The notes beneath the pieces are model-generated. The model was not told where the DNA came from. It saw nothing but the letters and a program-made list of their open reading frames with translations, and ran no database searches. Positions 1 through 27,800 of a stretch of DNA of 64,000 nt are shown in pieces. Numbering within the stretch: the stretch's first letter is position 1; every line of letters begins with the position of its first letter. The position numbers and the translations under genes are program-made. The DNA comes from Balanoglossus misakiensis (taxonomy: Eukaryota > Animalia > Hemichordata), in the NCBI GenBank assembly GCA_040954595.2, contig CM082587.2:8933403-8997402 (forward strand). Direction: 5' to 3'.

Positions 1-1251
1 TGGGCACATTGCACTTCTTAAATTGTGTCTTAGAATAACTTAAAAACATTTGCGAATGCGGTAATTTTTAGTCACGGAAAAATAAAAAACAACAACACAA
101 GGCTGAGTTTCCCTAGGATGTCGACGTGGAGTAGACGTGGACAAGCATTCATTGACCCCCCGGAAATGGTGGCGTTTTTGGGTTAAAAACCCATTTTTTA
201 TATTATGTCATTGAATTGAAATTAGGTAAAAAAGTTGACCATGCATCATGCATCTTAATATATCATTCGAAACTAGAGTAAACGTCACGGTGCAAAAAAA
301 AACGAAAATTTTGTTTTGCGTTATCTGCTTCCATTGAGGAGAAACAGCGTTTGAAACTTAGATTTTTAGAAAATTTGATCAAATTCACGATGAGTTGTAT
401 TGAATCAGAGTTTATTCCCGCCAGGGACACTTTATCGACTAAATTTTTTTTCGTTTTGTTAGATGGGTCATACACAATCCCCTGTTAAAATTTGAGCAAA
501 TTCGGCCAACGCAGAGCGAAGCTAAATTCTTCTGAAGTTGTCAAAAGCAGCGAACATGCAAACTAAGAAAAACGGCCATTTGCATTGTTGACACCTATTT
601 CTTAAGCTGACTCATTCAGAAAAGTGCTATTTTTGGGTGATTATGCACCATTTCCGCCAAGACGCATTTGTCAGAATGTGGATCAGTATTATATATATAT
701 ATAGGGCGTATGGTTCTACAGTAGCGTCCGAAAAGGAAGCTAATTTGTGGCTTCGCCCGTAAAGACTAGGCCAAGTGTGACGTGAGAAAACTATTAAAAC
801 AAGAATCATTTTCAAACTTGGTTCAAACAGAAGCTAGTAATTGTCAGTGTGACAGACTCAAGGCATGCCTGTGGATCTAAACCTTGGTAGTTAAAATCAA
901 GCACTTACATATACATAGGCCCAATGATCGACTTAATCAATATCAGTTCCGCAAAGGACGAGCTTCATGTAGATATCGTGCCAGTAGAGGTCGCTGTGAC
1001 ACAGAAAAGACAAACCACATTTTGAATAGTAATCGAAAAATGCAAATTGCATTCATATCCTCAAATGCACAAAACGATCGCTAGAGGTCGCTATTAGTAT
1101 TGCGGGATTGAAATATGCACCCTTCCCCACAACTCTACCACATAGGCATTTCTTCACTCAGGTGCATTTAAAAAAAAGATGTCAACATTAACATTTTTGG
1201 ACCTTCCTTGTTTTCCAGACACAATGGAACGGAAGAGGGTGGCACAAGTAT

Positions 1252-1365
1252 CAGGAGACTAAACCAGTTCAGTCTCCCGATGAGTGAGTCCAGTGACTCA
1301 CGAAACAACGTTGTAGAGATTATAACGCCGATAGTCTCTCAAGCTACCCTTATTATATGTATGTA

Positions 1366-1400
<35 letters not shown>

Positions 1401-1549
1401 ATGTACATGTATGTATGTATGTATGTATGTATGTATGTATGTATGTATGTATGTATGTATGTATGTATGACTGTATGTATGTATGTATGTGTGTATGTAT
1501 GTATGTATGCATGTATGTATGTATGTATGTATGTATGTATGTATGTACA
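1252..1549 (+). repeat. Dispersed ~100-bp element with an attached (TGTA)n microsatellite
   Basis: 1252-1357 is a close match (one ~15-bp indel) to the reverse complement of 36390-36482, and both copies run directly into (TGTA/TACA)n tracts. Confidence 0.85.
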
Positions 1550-2713
1550 TGTACCACTCAGTAGCCTAAGATGTGTGTAGCCTAAGTTAGTAAAATAGTT
1601 CTTTACATATTGGCCTAAGTGATATTGAAAGGACATTGATAACATTCTTCTGGTAGTTGAAATTAAAAGCTTATCTCCCATATTCTGTATGGTTGGATAA
1701 ATTTTTTATTTCACCTCAGTCAATGGTTTGCAAATACAACATAATTCAAGTCAAGCAGTACTTCTAAGATCTGGTCAATTCTTAAAAGATCAACATTGCA
1801 CATTTCAGAATGGAATTCAGATGGTCGCCACGCTAGTACGGCAAAGCATCAGTCTGTGCGTCCTGTAACCACAGTAACTGAATTGAACGCTAAAAAAACC
1901 CAATGATTTTGTACCCTGAGATTGTGTATTGGCTTTTTTCACAGGCCATGTAGGCCAGTTAAATTTGACCTCTGACTGAGAACACACTTCCCCACAGCTT
2001 AAAGGATCGTCTTTTATTTGGTTATCGTTGTGATACATAGCGATACCAGTGGAATAGTCTGTGGTTGTACGTGTATGGTGAAATCCACAGATACAACGAC
2101 CAAAGTCGAAAACATAATTTTCACGGTTTTCTCCAGTTTATGCAACTAATGAATGTGTATCAAATTAGGGTTTTGAAATTTGACATATCTAATTTGCATA
2201 TCAATGGCGTCACAATCGTGCAGATTTTCAACTAGTTAACAGCCGCTTGTTAAGACTCTGAAAACTTTTTGGTTCAAAGCAGGGTGAAGATTCCCAAAAT
2301 GGCCCCTAGCAACATTTCAGGGCAGAACAATTCTAGAATTTCAAACTAAAATTAAATTTGCCATATAACATATTTACCATTAAAAATCTTGTTATACAGT
2401 TAAAAGTAGCATGATGGAGGTTTATAAAAACATTAATTGTTAACATAAAAAGACTCAGCTGCTTAATCCTATTTTTGGTTGTTGTTCGCATATTTATGTT
2501 TTGCAACATAATTGTGTGAGAATTATAAAAAAAGTGATAAATCAGGTGGTAGGGCTGCTCATGGCTTCAGTTAGGAACTTAATGGAAACACCCAGATTTC
2601 CTGTGGGAAGTATTTGATTAGCTACAATTGTTGGCTGTTGGATAAAAATGGATGAATTTGGATATTTGCACTTTGTAGAAGTTGGTCCAGTTGATGTGGG
2701 CGTTATTGATGTC

Positions 2714-12584
<9,871 letters not shown>

Positions 12585-13589
12585 ATCCCCTTCTTTCACG
12601 AACCGCAACGCCACAGACAGCACCGCACTTTGCACTCTGATCCTGTATATTATAGTGCGTTTACATAAATAAACTTTGACCTGTTATTAAAATAAGGTTG
12701 GAATGATTAACAAAGATCCAGGTCAAACGGGGCGCGGCTGGTGGGCCGCTAGGGGCACACCCATATGGCATTTAGGAGAGGGGCTGGAGGAAATGGGTAC
12801 GGAACAAGTTCTTTTTCAACCGTGGTGACAGCAATTTTGCCAAGCGTTACGTCGAAGCAATTTTTTTGTCGATGCAAAACAAATTTTAAAAGCGTCTCAC
12901 TATATACATACAATTACATTCACTTGGATTAGACATAAAATGAACGCCTCGCACAAACATTCCAATAATGAAAAAGACATAAATTAAAAGTACTTTGCAA
13001 TAAGCACAAAACCAACAAAAATCTTGGGAAATTTAGAGAATACTGAGGGTCACTTAATTGTTTTGAAACTTGCCAAAGGGTTCACCATGTTTTGGTTTAT
13101 TTTTTGATGGAGGAGCAGATTGACACCTTCCTCCCCGGGGTTAAAAATGACCGGCCCCTTAAATGTGCTGCTGTTTCTATTGTGATCTCGTAGCTAAAGA
13201 GAGCGCACGAAATGTTCCATGAACATTTTTACACGCAAACTGGCCCCACTGATATATTTTACACAGGTTGCTTTTTGCAGTACATGGACTGTTTAAAATA
13301 CATTGTCCAAATAGCAGAGGGAGGGCACGCATGCTCAGAATAAACATTAGTCACTACTGTCCTCAATTTGTTGTCGACGTCATCATTTTATGCTGCTTGT
13401 CAACTCAAACACTGACCCACACACAGCGAGTAGTGTTAGCTGCTCCACCAAAATCACACAACTTGGGGTTTCTAGGAAATAGCGCAACGATCGGCGGAGT
13501 TGTTCAATAATTTGACCACATACATATCGCATTTCGCGGCTGATCGATCGAGCGGGCGAACGCAGTGATCAAGATCGTAATTACCGAAA
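12585..13589. promoter_or_regulatory. Divergent (head-to-head) promoter region between the ALDH3A2-like and Ras genes
   Basis: The start codons at 12584 (-) and 13590 (+) are about 1 kb apart. CpG/GC-richer patches lie at ~12720-12790 and ~13480-13570. Confidence 0.55.
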
Positions 13590-18684
<5,095 letters not shown>

Positions 18685-18893
18685 TATAAGACTGTTGTAT
18701 GAACATCTGAAGACAAAAAAACAGTTGCTGCGTTGCATGTGCTTCCTTGATACTGTAAGACACATTGAATATAATTAGCTGCAGGTTTTTTTCAGTGAAT
18801 TTGATATTTCAATCAATCAGCAGGTTTTTAAATTAGCTAAAAAAAAAATACACCCTAACCATAGTGCATATTGGGAATTTTGTGTATTAGCAA

Positions 18894-19066
18894 TACACCC
18901 TTTTCATAAATCTAGCGCCCTCAGACAGCTATCATGAATTTGAACTGAAAGCGAGGCCAATGGGGTTACAGGCTTGATGTGATTGGTCAACTCTCCCCAT
19001 CGGCCTTGTTGTGAGTTCAAATCCATGATGTCCGCGTGAGGGCACTAGACTTATGAAAAGGGTGTA
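18894..19066. mobile_element. TA-flanked foldback MITE just downstream of the Ras stop
   Basis: TACACCCTTTTCATAA.TCTAG.GCCCTCA ... TGAGGGCACTAGACTTATGAAAAGGGTGTA, with ~75-bp imperfect arms. Confidence 0.8.
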
Positions 19067-20362
19067 GTATTAATAGCAATTAAAGCATGCTAGGTAAAAA
19101 GATGTGTTTTACAGTATTAAATGTTGTGTTGGCATCCACCAAAGTGATTTTTTTTAAAACTCCACTGATGGCAACACAGAGTTTATCAGACAAGTTGATT
19201 GTCCATCATTGTCTGTCACCAGTTGACATCTCAGAAATTGCTGGTCATACAACCCAACCAAGTTTGGAACAGTGTCAAAATTCCAGGGATAAGAGCGCAG
19301 GGTCTTTTTGTGTCAGCTGTATCATTACATCATTATTTAATTGTGATGCCACAACAGTCATTCAGCAAGGTACGTCACAGTTTGTTGAAATGGGGGAGGG
19401 CTGGCTCATGTAAACGTACACTTTGGTTATCTTCACTATAAAAAGAAAAGAAATGCATGAAGAAAATTTTACTAATATGGACAATAATCATAACCTAATC
19501 TTATTTTCTTGTATAGCGCATGATAGGACTGTCCCGGTCTGGTATAAGATATTAAAATTTATATTTTTCTTGTCTGCTGCATGACTGTCCCAATTAAATT
19601 CTGAAATTGGCTTCCAAGAAAGCAAAATATTCGAAAGCCTGTTGAAACCAAACTGTGGAATTATTATTGTCTGGTGGTGGAGAGTTGCACAGAGGAAGAG
19701 AATTCTGTTGCTGCAGTGTTTTAAAGGACATGGGTGCTAATGAAGAACCTGGGGGAAATACTTTGCTCATAAGTGGCATAAAGTTGCCAGAAAATCAACG
19801 GTTCATCAAATAACTCTCCTGAAACTGGAAACAGTATCATAAGTTGATAAAAAAGCAAATGCACAAAGAAAGCCTTGCATTGAATGTTGTCTGTGAAAAA
19901 TTGTCATAATCCAGATTAGCCGTGTGCTGAGAAGCAACAGACCATCGGTTTCATACAAATGCTTATAAACTGTGTGATAAATCCAGAGAAAACTCTTAAT
20001 GTGTGAAAACTCTACCATAACAAGAAAGCATGCTTATCAGCGATTCACAGTGAAGGGATATGGCTTACACGCAAGAATACATTGACAACTTTGTCCCAAT
20101 GCATTTATGTAACATTACTGATGAATGTGAAGTTCACTCACAGGTTGTTGGCGCTCAGACCTATCGTCTCACGTTATTTACATGTTCTTGAGTGATGTGT
20201 TGAATTATTGTGTTATGCAGAAAGTCCAAAAATGACACTGACCTCGCTAATGGTTGTAAACAATTTGTTACATCAAGCATTAAACATTGCAAGAGCATCC
20301 AACACAGCAACATTTTTCACCAAAGCTAGTTCGTGGTGCTAACACACACATTTGCAAGCTAG

Positions 20363-20702
20363 TAATTCTGGCTACCTTAAACAGGTTTTCAATTTGTGCT
20401 AAGGGGTCAAATCACATTACCCAGAATGATAACTCATTGTACTAAAAGATAAAGGAAATGATATAGTGACTGTATTTCAGGACTTCTGTGGATCAAAAAT
20501 TTCTGTCTTTGTAGTTAGCATATTAAACTCATTCAACTGTTTTCACATTTTGTTATTTTTTCTGTAACAAAGTTTCAGAATGACCAAATATCACTTTATA
20601 TTATGAACTTCCATTTCTGAAACTTGGCAAAAATCGGCCATCTTGAAATGGATTTTTATCACTCACCTAGGTAGCAAAAACCTATTTAAAGTAGGGAGAA
20701 TT
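20363..20702. mobile_element. ~340-bp TIR element; second direct copy at ~46330-46699
   Basis: AATTCTGGCT.CCTTAAA.AGGTTTT ... AAAACCTATTTAA.GTAGGGAGAATT in both copies, with similar interiors. Confidence 0.75.
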
Positions 20703-22371
20703 AGACTGGCAGTGTGATAATTTCACAGCAAAGGTGGTTAGTCCAACATAAAGTGCATAAGTGACCCCCCCCCCCCCCAATTCCACTAGCACTAAATGAA
20801 CCTTATAGTGGCACCACAGTCAACTCTGTTGACAGGGGAACCTCCATGATTCATGACACTGTTCCAAAATTGGTAACGCAGCTTTGATGAATGTTGTGCA
20901 CTTAGTTTCTTGGGATGATCCAAGTCAGATTTTGTTCAAATTGCAAAGTTTAGCAGTGTTCTACTCTGGAGCAATTTTGCCATTTTTTGACAAGAAACCT
21001 TGGGCAGTTTTGTAATTTGCTTTGAAAAAAAAAGTGTACAAGGGTCTCTAGGGATGGCCAAATTTGTGATGAAATCTGCATGACAGTGTTTGGGGGCATT
21101 TTTGGTCAACTTTCCTTTCAAGAAACTGGACATTAGCTTTTAAAATATTGTCAGTATCTGCTTCCCCAAGACTTTTGAAACTAAACTCATCCAGCAGAAT
21201 TATTGAAATTAATTGGGTAATTTTATATTTTGGCAGTTTTGATTAATTTCTGTAAAAAACTAGTAATTCAACTGTGATATTTGGTACAATTCTTGGCTAA
21301 CAGCTTTCTCATGTTTTTATGTCAAATTTCACAGCAGAGTTGTGTTGGCTGATTGGCCGCTAAATGTTAACAGTGGCACCTATAACCTTACACATGTTGT
21401 ATATTGTATATTCTTATTGACCCAAGGTCAAGTTGTTACCATAAGATGACCACTTTTTGAGTTCGTTTTTCAGCATGGTGAGCAAGTGTCTCTTACTGGA
21501 CATGTTCATCAATATTTTTTTCTGGAATTATGATTAACATTCATATCAGTCCTCCAAGAATAGTTTTCTATCTGGGACTCATACAATGTAGGTTGCTTTC
21601 TTTTCCCAAAGCTGTTTGTTTAGAGCCATTTCTAAAATATGCTTATTTTAGTGAATATAACTCATAGTTAAAACCCCAAGACCTGCTATTTTTAGCATAT
21701 TTTTAATCAATGAAATACATGTACTCTCCTTATCATGAATTGACAAGAGCAACATTTTGAATCTCTGGAGATTCTACCATCCATGTGTGCACTCTCCTGA
21801 TGGGAAGTTGTATAAAAACTTGCGGCAACTTATTTATATTTTCATGTATAGCCACAATTAGGGGTTAATAATATGTTTGTGTATACCAAACATTTATGGA
21901 CCATTCTAAGTTTATAAGTGAAATCATGAGAATAATTCAAAAATCGGCAGCTTTGGGGACTTATATGAAAACAGGCAATTCACTGTAAAATGGAATTGTA
22001 TTTCTTGATTCAATTCATCGGTTAGACTTGAGGCCACTTTGGTTTATGCCTGGAATCTGATAAAAATATCTGCATTGCTTAATTTGACCTCACCAGTCAC
22101 ATTACTTTGGCAGCCTTTTTTTCAATTTCAATCACATACTAAACAACAACATGCAACACAACACAACCTATTGTTAATTAACATTTGGGCATTTCAAGGT
22201 TTCACACACAGCAGTCTTCTAATTGAAGTTGCTCAATTTATTGATTTTGTTTAATGTCATGTCTTTGACATGTTTGAATTTATTTCCTTGACAGTAGTTT
22301 TTACTTGTGATGATATTTACACATTTTGTCAATTTCACATGTCAAAACCATTGTACACACACATAGTTTTA

Positions 22372-22714
22372 TTAAAGGGACAAAGTCTCTCTCTTGCTGC
22401 CCCTTTTCCATTGTTTGATGCAAGACATCGTTCATTTGGATATATACTCAAGCAACATTCGCCCACACACACCTTCCATCCCACTTGTAGACACGAGAGT
22501 GAAAAACTCGACAAAATAAATAATCGGTGTTTATCATTTATTCATTTTGGCGAGATTTTTACTCTCATATCCTACAAATGGGATGGAAGTTGTGTGTGGT
22601 CGAACGTTGATTCACTATATATCCACATGTAGAATAACATAAACAGTGTCTTGTATCAAACATAATTACATGTAATGGAAAAAGGGCAGCGAGAGAGAGA
22701 CTTTGGCCCTTTAA
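22372..22714. mobile_element. Palindromic TTAA MITE, copy 2
   Basis: TTAAAGGGACAAAGTCTCTCTC ... GAGAGAGACTTTGGCCCTTTAA, with high identity to copy 1. Confidence 0.88.
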
Positions 22715-24263
22715 AGTTGAATTTCACTGTGCTATGCTCTGGAGTAAACCAAGGAGTAATCCATACATAGAACTGAAATGTGAAAATTGTCAAAAGTAAT
22801 GTCTAAAAATACATGAGTTACACTTGCATGTCATATCCAATTAGTGAGGACTGATATAATGTCATTCATAAATATTTGTTGAAGTCTTAAAATTAAAAGA
22901 AAACAAAATAACAAGTTATAGAGGATTTTAGTAGATGGAAAGTGATGCTGTCAAAAAATCTTTTGTATTTTGAATTCAGAAATATGCACAAGTCATATCT
23001 TGGTATGTTACAATTTTATATGACCCAACAATAACAAACATAAGATGTAGAATTTATAAGTATGTCTAACAACAAAAGAATGTCTGTTAAATGTATTGAT
23101 GACTGACAAATGAAGCACAAATGAAGATTTAGCAGGGCAAATAATTTGTATAAAAACCAAACAGACATAGGATCATTTTATTTAAAACTCATTGCTAAAG
23201 CAAGATGACAGTAGCACAGTAGCAATTCTTTTATTGGAAAAGGTGTGTATGTGTGTGTATTACTGTAAATTTGCAACATGAGATTAAAAGCATTTTTTTC
23301 ACACATTCCAAATAAAGTTTTTGAAAATGCATGACTTTTCCACCATTTCTTCAACATTCGGTCATTGAATTGTTTTGTACATGTAGATATCTGTTGTCAC
23401 TCTATGGCTGATGTTTGCTTTGTCATTATTACAGTTTCTGAACGACTGGCATATAACAGGATCTCAAACCAAACTGATTTGATGACTATTTAGCTTTGCT
23501 CCTGTCTTTGAAAATTACAGGTAACTTTACCACTGTACTGAGACCCATATACTGAGTCGTACAGTAATTTAATACAGTAAAACCTGTCTAAACCGAACCC
23601 TGTCTAATCTGGAAACCTTTCTATACTGAACACCCTTTCCAGTCCCCTTCACATAGAACCACATGTTACAAGAACCTCTATAAACCAGACACCTCTGCAA
23701 ACTGAACAATATTTTCAGTCCCTTTGCTTTGGACAGGTTTTACTATACCTAAGTTTCAGGTTTGGGACAATAATTTTTCAGACAAATTTACATATTTATA
23801 ATAGTCTAAGATTAATAGATTTTGTAGTCATGATATTTTTCTGTTTTGTCATCACTAAAATTTATGCTACTCATTAATAAAAACAAAATATAAAAGGTGA
23901 GATACATGGCTTTCGGGGCATTTTCAATATTTTTTTCTTTCTTTCACAATTACATTTGTACATTGTATGTCTTCCTGGGATTAGGATTTTTGAACACCGA
24001 AAGCCACAGTCCCAGTGTCCAATGTTTCTGTCTCTTCAACTCCCGTCAATAGACACATCTGTTCTGATACATATATTTAAACTTGGCCAAATGTCCTGCA
24101 GTCTGTTACATAGCATTTCCATAAGAAAATCTAAATGTCATTAGATTAGATAGGCGTGATTTTTATAATTAAGAATAATTAATAGTCCATATCTCCAGAG
24201 TTGATCAAACTGCACGAAACTTTGCAGGCACTGCGAGTAGGCCATTACAGAAACTAACCACAT

Positions 24264-24364
24264 CAATCTGATTAAAATCAGATGTAGGGAACGGCGACGT
24301 GGTTTTTTTATGCGACAGCACAAAAAAAAGTCGCCGTTCCCTACATCTGATTTTAATCAGATTG
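24264..24364. mobile_element. 101-bp foldback with perfect 35-bp TIRs and a 9-bp TSD (TAACCACAT)
   Basis: CAATCTGATTAAAATCAGATGTAGGGAACGGCGAC and its exact reverse complement. TSD at 24255-24263 and 24365-24373. Confidence 0.88.
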
Positions 24365-24821
24365 TAACCACATGTGACTGATCAGACTTCTCATATATAC
24401 TCATATATAAAATATAATATGGTTCATCCTGCATTAGGGACACAGATACCCTTCAGTTAAATAAAGTTCACCTAAGATGATCTATACAGAATATCAAGTT
24501 CTTTGGAAGACAAATTTTGACAAAAAATAAATAAAAATATTCTGAAAAAAATTGAGTCAAAATTTCAAGTTGTCTGAATGACTTTATCCCCACTAACCTG
24601 AAGACCAATATCACATGTGTGGTACCCTTTGGAGAATGATGATTTGACCCAAATAGCAAAAATTGCCTGAATCATAATTTTTCTGAAATTGTACAAAAAT
24701 CCCAGGTTGCCTTCATATAAATACCAAAACGCTTTCCAGCCCATGAACAAGATGTTTTCAGTTTGGGTGAGAATTCATTTATATTTGTTAAATTCATTCT
24801 TTTCTGTTGATTCAATTTCAT

Positions 24822-27800
24822 CTATACTTGAGTGTTTGTTTCCACGGAAACACCACTGGCAGTAGGGTCTGAAAACTGAGGAAGTTTTTCTCGTAAGCGT
24901 GCTTCTTTAAGTTCCATTTGAAGTTGTGTTTTTCTTCTAATAGCGCTGTTGAGACGACTAGATCCCCACATCCACAGCCACTCAGGAAGCATTGAGGATA
25001 TTAACAACTACGAAATAAACAGAATTGTCATTATTAGTTTCTGGTCAATTAAAATTATACATATTTTATGTGCTTTCCTTCGCTATAAGCACACATATAT
25101 GCACACACACATTACGATAGGAAATTTAAGTGATCATATCTTTAAAACAGCATCAAATGACACTACACCAAGCCTGGAAAACTGCAGGTCAGATAAAACA
25201 TTTTCTCGGAAATTCTACGTTGGAATGGAATCAAACACTCCTTGGTGCTGGAAATGCATGGTTGATTCGGAAGTTCCTGGTCATGGTTAATAACGTTACC
25301 TGAATAGAGTGAGGCCAATATCCTGCTGTCCTGGAAGAAACTCCAAGTGTCGACACCGCATGTCTGGCATAAACACCAGCAGATGGAATCAGTAAACTGG
25401 CAGTAGTGTCTGTGAACTGGGTCATTCTTGTTGCAACATAAGATGGCATTAGACTCTGTACTACAATCCCTCTATCCTTGTATTCGTATTGTAATGCCCT
25501 TGATAGGAAATCCAGGTAAGTCTGAAAAAGGAAATAAAATGTTGATTGCTGCCTTGACAAAAGACTATACATGTAGTTGTCAATTTCACACAATATGGTG
25601 GCACGGAACACATATGTATATTTGTGTGCTGTGTCCTAAATACTGAGCTTCTCATACCAATGTTTGATATAAGAATGTAGACACACTATACCCAAGAATG
25701 TCAAATATGTCTCTTTGCACAGGAATACTCAGAATTTGTTACAAAACCTGTCGTCATTATGAATGCTCTGGCATCAGTGGGAAATAATGCACACAGCAGT
25801 TTTTACTGTTATTTCTAAATGTACTGTATATGACTACCGTTCACAAAGCCCTCAGACTACATGTACCTGGGTAGACATTGCCCACAAATATCTAAACAAT
25901 GGGAAAACCCCACATGTATTTTAAATGGCATTTCCCTAATTATTTTCATTTGCGTTGATATACACGTTGCTATCTGCAAATGTTCCATTCGTAAGGATAT
26001 CAGTACGAGACCCTTAGGCGTCTTCCAGTGCCTTGTTCGTAACCGTACAGGAAGTGACTGACAGACGAATAGTTATTATTTGTTGAGGAAGTGAATTTTC
26101 AACCATTGTTTGTGTGCTTTGAAGTTTTTTGAATGATTGAGAGTGAACGTAGTTTGAATCGATGTAAACAAATGACATCATAGTAATATCACGCCACTCA
26201 GCTGTTGACGATGCAGATATGACAGAGAATTCACAATATCACGCTTAATTTCCATCAAAAATGTCAAAAGTTATCATTTTACTTAATATTAATGACGATA
26301 ATAGGGTATATGATAAAACCTTTAGGTTCCTGATACAGGATTTGTTGACCTCTCTCCGGTCGGGCACTTTCGCCATACAACTTCGGTTTTCAAATTCCAT
26401 ATTAGGACTGTAAAGATTAGGATCCTTTTCAAGCTTTACAGCCGACTTTCCAAGTTTCATTTTGCTGAAATTCTGTTTCAGTCTGCTATTACCGTTTGCA
26501 ATGAGCATTTCTGAACAGCGAACAAAGCAAACCAGAGGAAGCAATGGGAACTCTGCAAGGATCTCACCTTAGTAGCAGCATACACAGCATTTTGTGGTGT
26601 TGGATGTAAGGCTGTGTTAGACGCTATATTAACTACAGCTCCTTTGTGTCTGTCCAGCATCTGAGGTAACACAAGACGAGTCATCTAGACACAAATTAAA
26701 ACACAAAGATGTGACTTGTAATTTAAAAGGAAAAATGGCTAAAGGCTGAAAAAAATGTGTATATGATTTGATGAGCTGGTATGGGTAGCCATAGACTCTC
26801 TCACAGCCCCTCTCGCCGTCCATGCAGGCTTCTAGTCTGACTGCATGTGTTGCCCAGTGAGAGGGGCTTCTCCTTTGCTGAACGGTTGAGGGCGCGTCAG
26901 TGAAGAGCATAACTTAAGCATTTAGAAATAGTTGTCATAGAAACAGTTGCAAACAGCAATACTCACAGCAGTTGCAGCTCCTATGTTAATATGAATAAGT
27001 TGCCACAATTTATCCATAGAGACATCAGTGAAATATTGAGGGTAGTCATACACACCAACATTATTCACTGAAAATAACCACAATATTTAATTGTTTTTTT
27101 AAAAAAACGAAATTTCTTGCACACCTTGCTTAGAAAGCACTTATAATAAATAGTTGTAACATGTGTTTCTCCTCATTGCAGCACAGGGGAATGAAAAATT
27201 TAGAAAAAAAATGTGATGAGTTTGAAAATAACTCTTGGTACTTTGCTTGCCCATATCATGGCAAATTGGCCAAACAACACCAGTGAAAATTTGAACACAT
27301 TATGAATATGCAGCATAAGAATTACTGCATCTGATACATAATCAATGCCAAAATTCAAACATGTATATTCCAACCCTAAACATTAGATGTTGCGGTCGTT
27401 TCATTTTCAACTATTAATCCTTCACTGTGACATTTAAACTCATATTTCAACCAGTGGAGGCTTATATTATTTTGAAGTTGCTTTCTGTGCTACGTGCTCT
27501 TATGGAAATTATTTATAATTCACTCACCAAGAATACCAACTTCTTTTCCTTGTAATTGTTGACTGATATATTCATAGATTTCACCACCTTTGCTGAAATC
27601 AGCTTTTATGGTATGAGTCTCAACATGAAAAGCTGTTTCTGAAAGACATAATTATTGCAATGAAACAGTAATCAGCGTATCTTCCACAAATTCTAGTCTC
27701 CTTAGTCAAATTTCAGAATGTATTGTGGAAATGGTTAATCAAGCCTGTATCATTAAAAGTTGAATGAAATAAAACAAAAATATTTTATTAATCTTGAGAT

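Noticed and set aside
1208-1681. ORFs rich in MYVC/HTYI (also 31440-31974 and 35974-36450)
   Set aside because: Translations of (TGTA)n, (CA)n and (CG)n microsatellites that lack stops. Only the non-repeat end of 31440-31910 carries lectin-like sequence.
19615-19730. Possible alternative Ras last exon (a CCCSVL stretch)
   Set aside because: CCCSVL is not followed by a stop, and I found no good phase-0 acceptor giving a CaaX-terminated frame.
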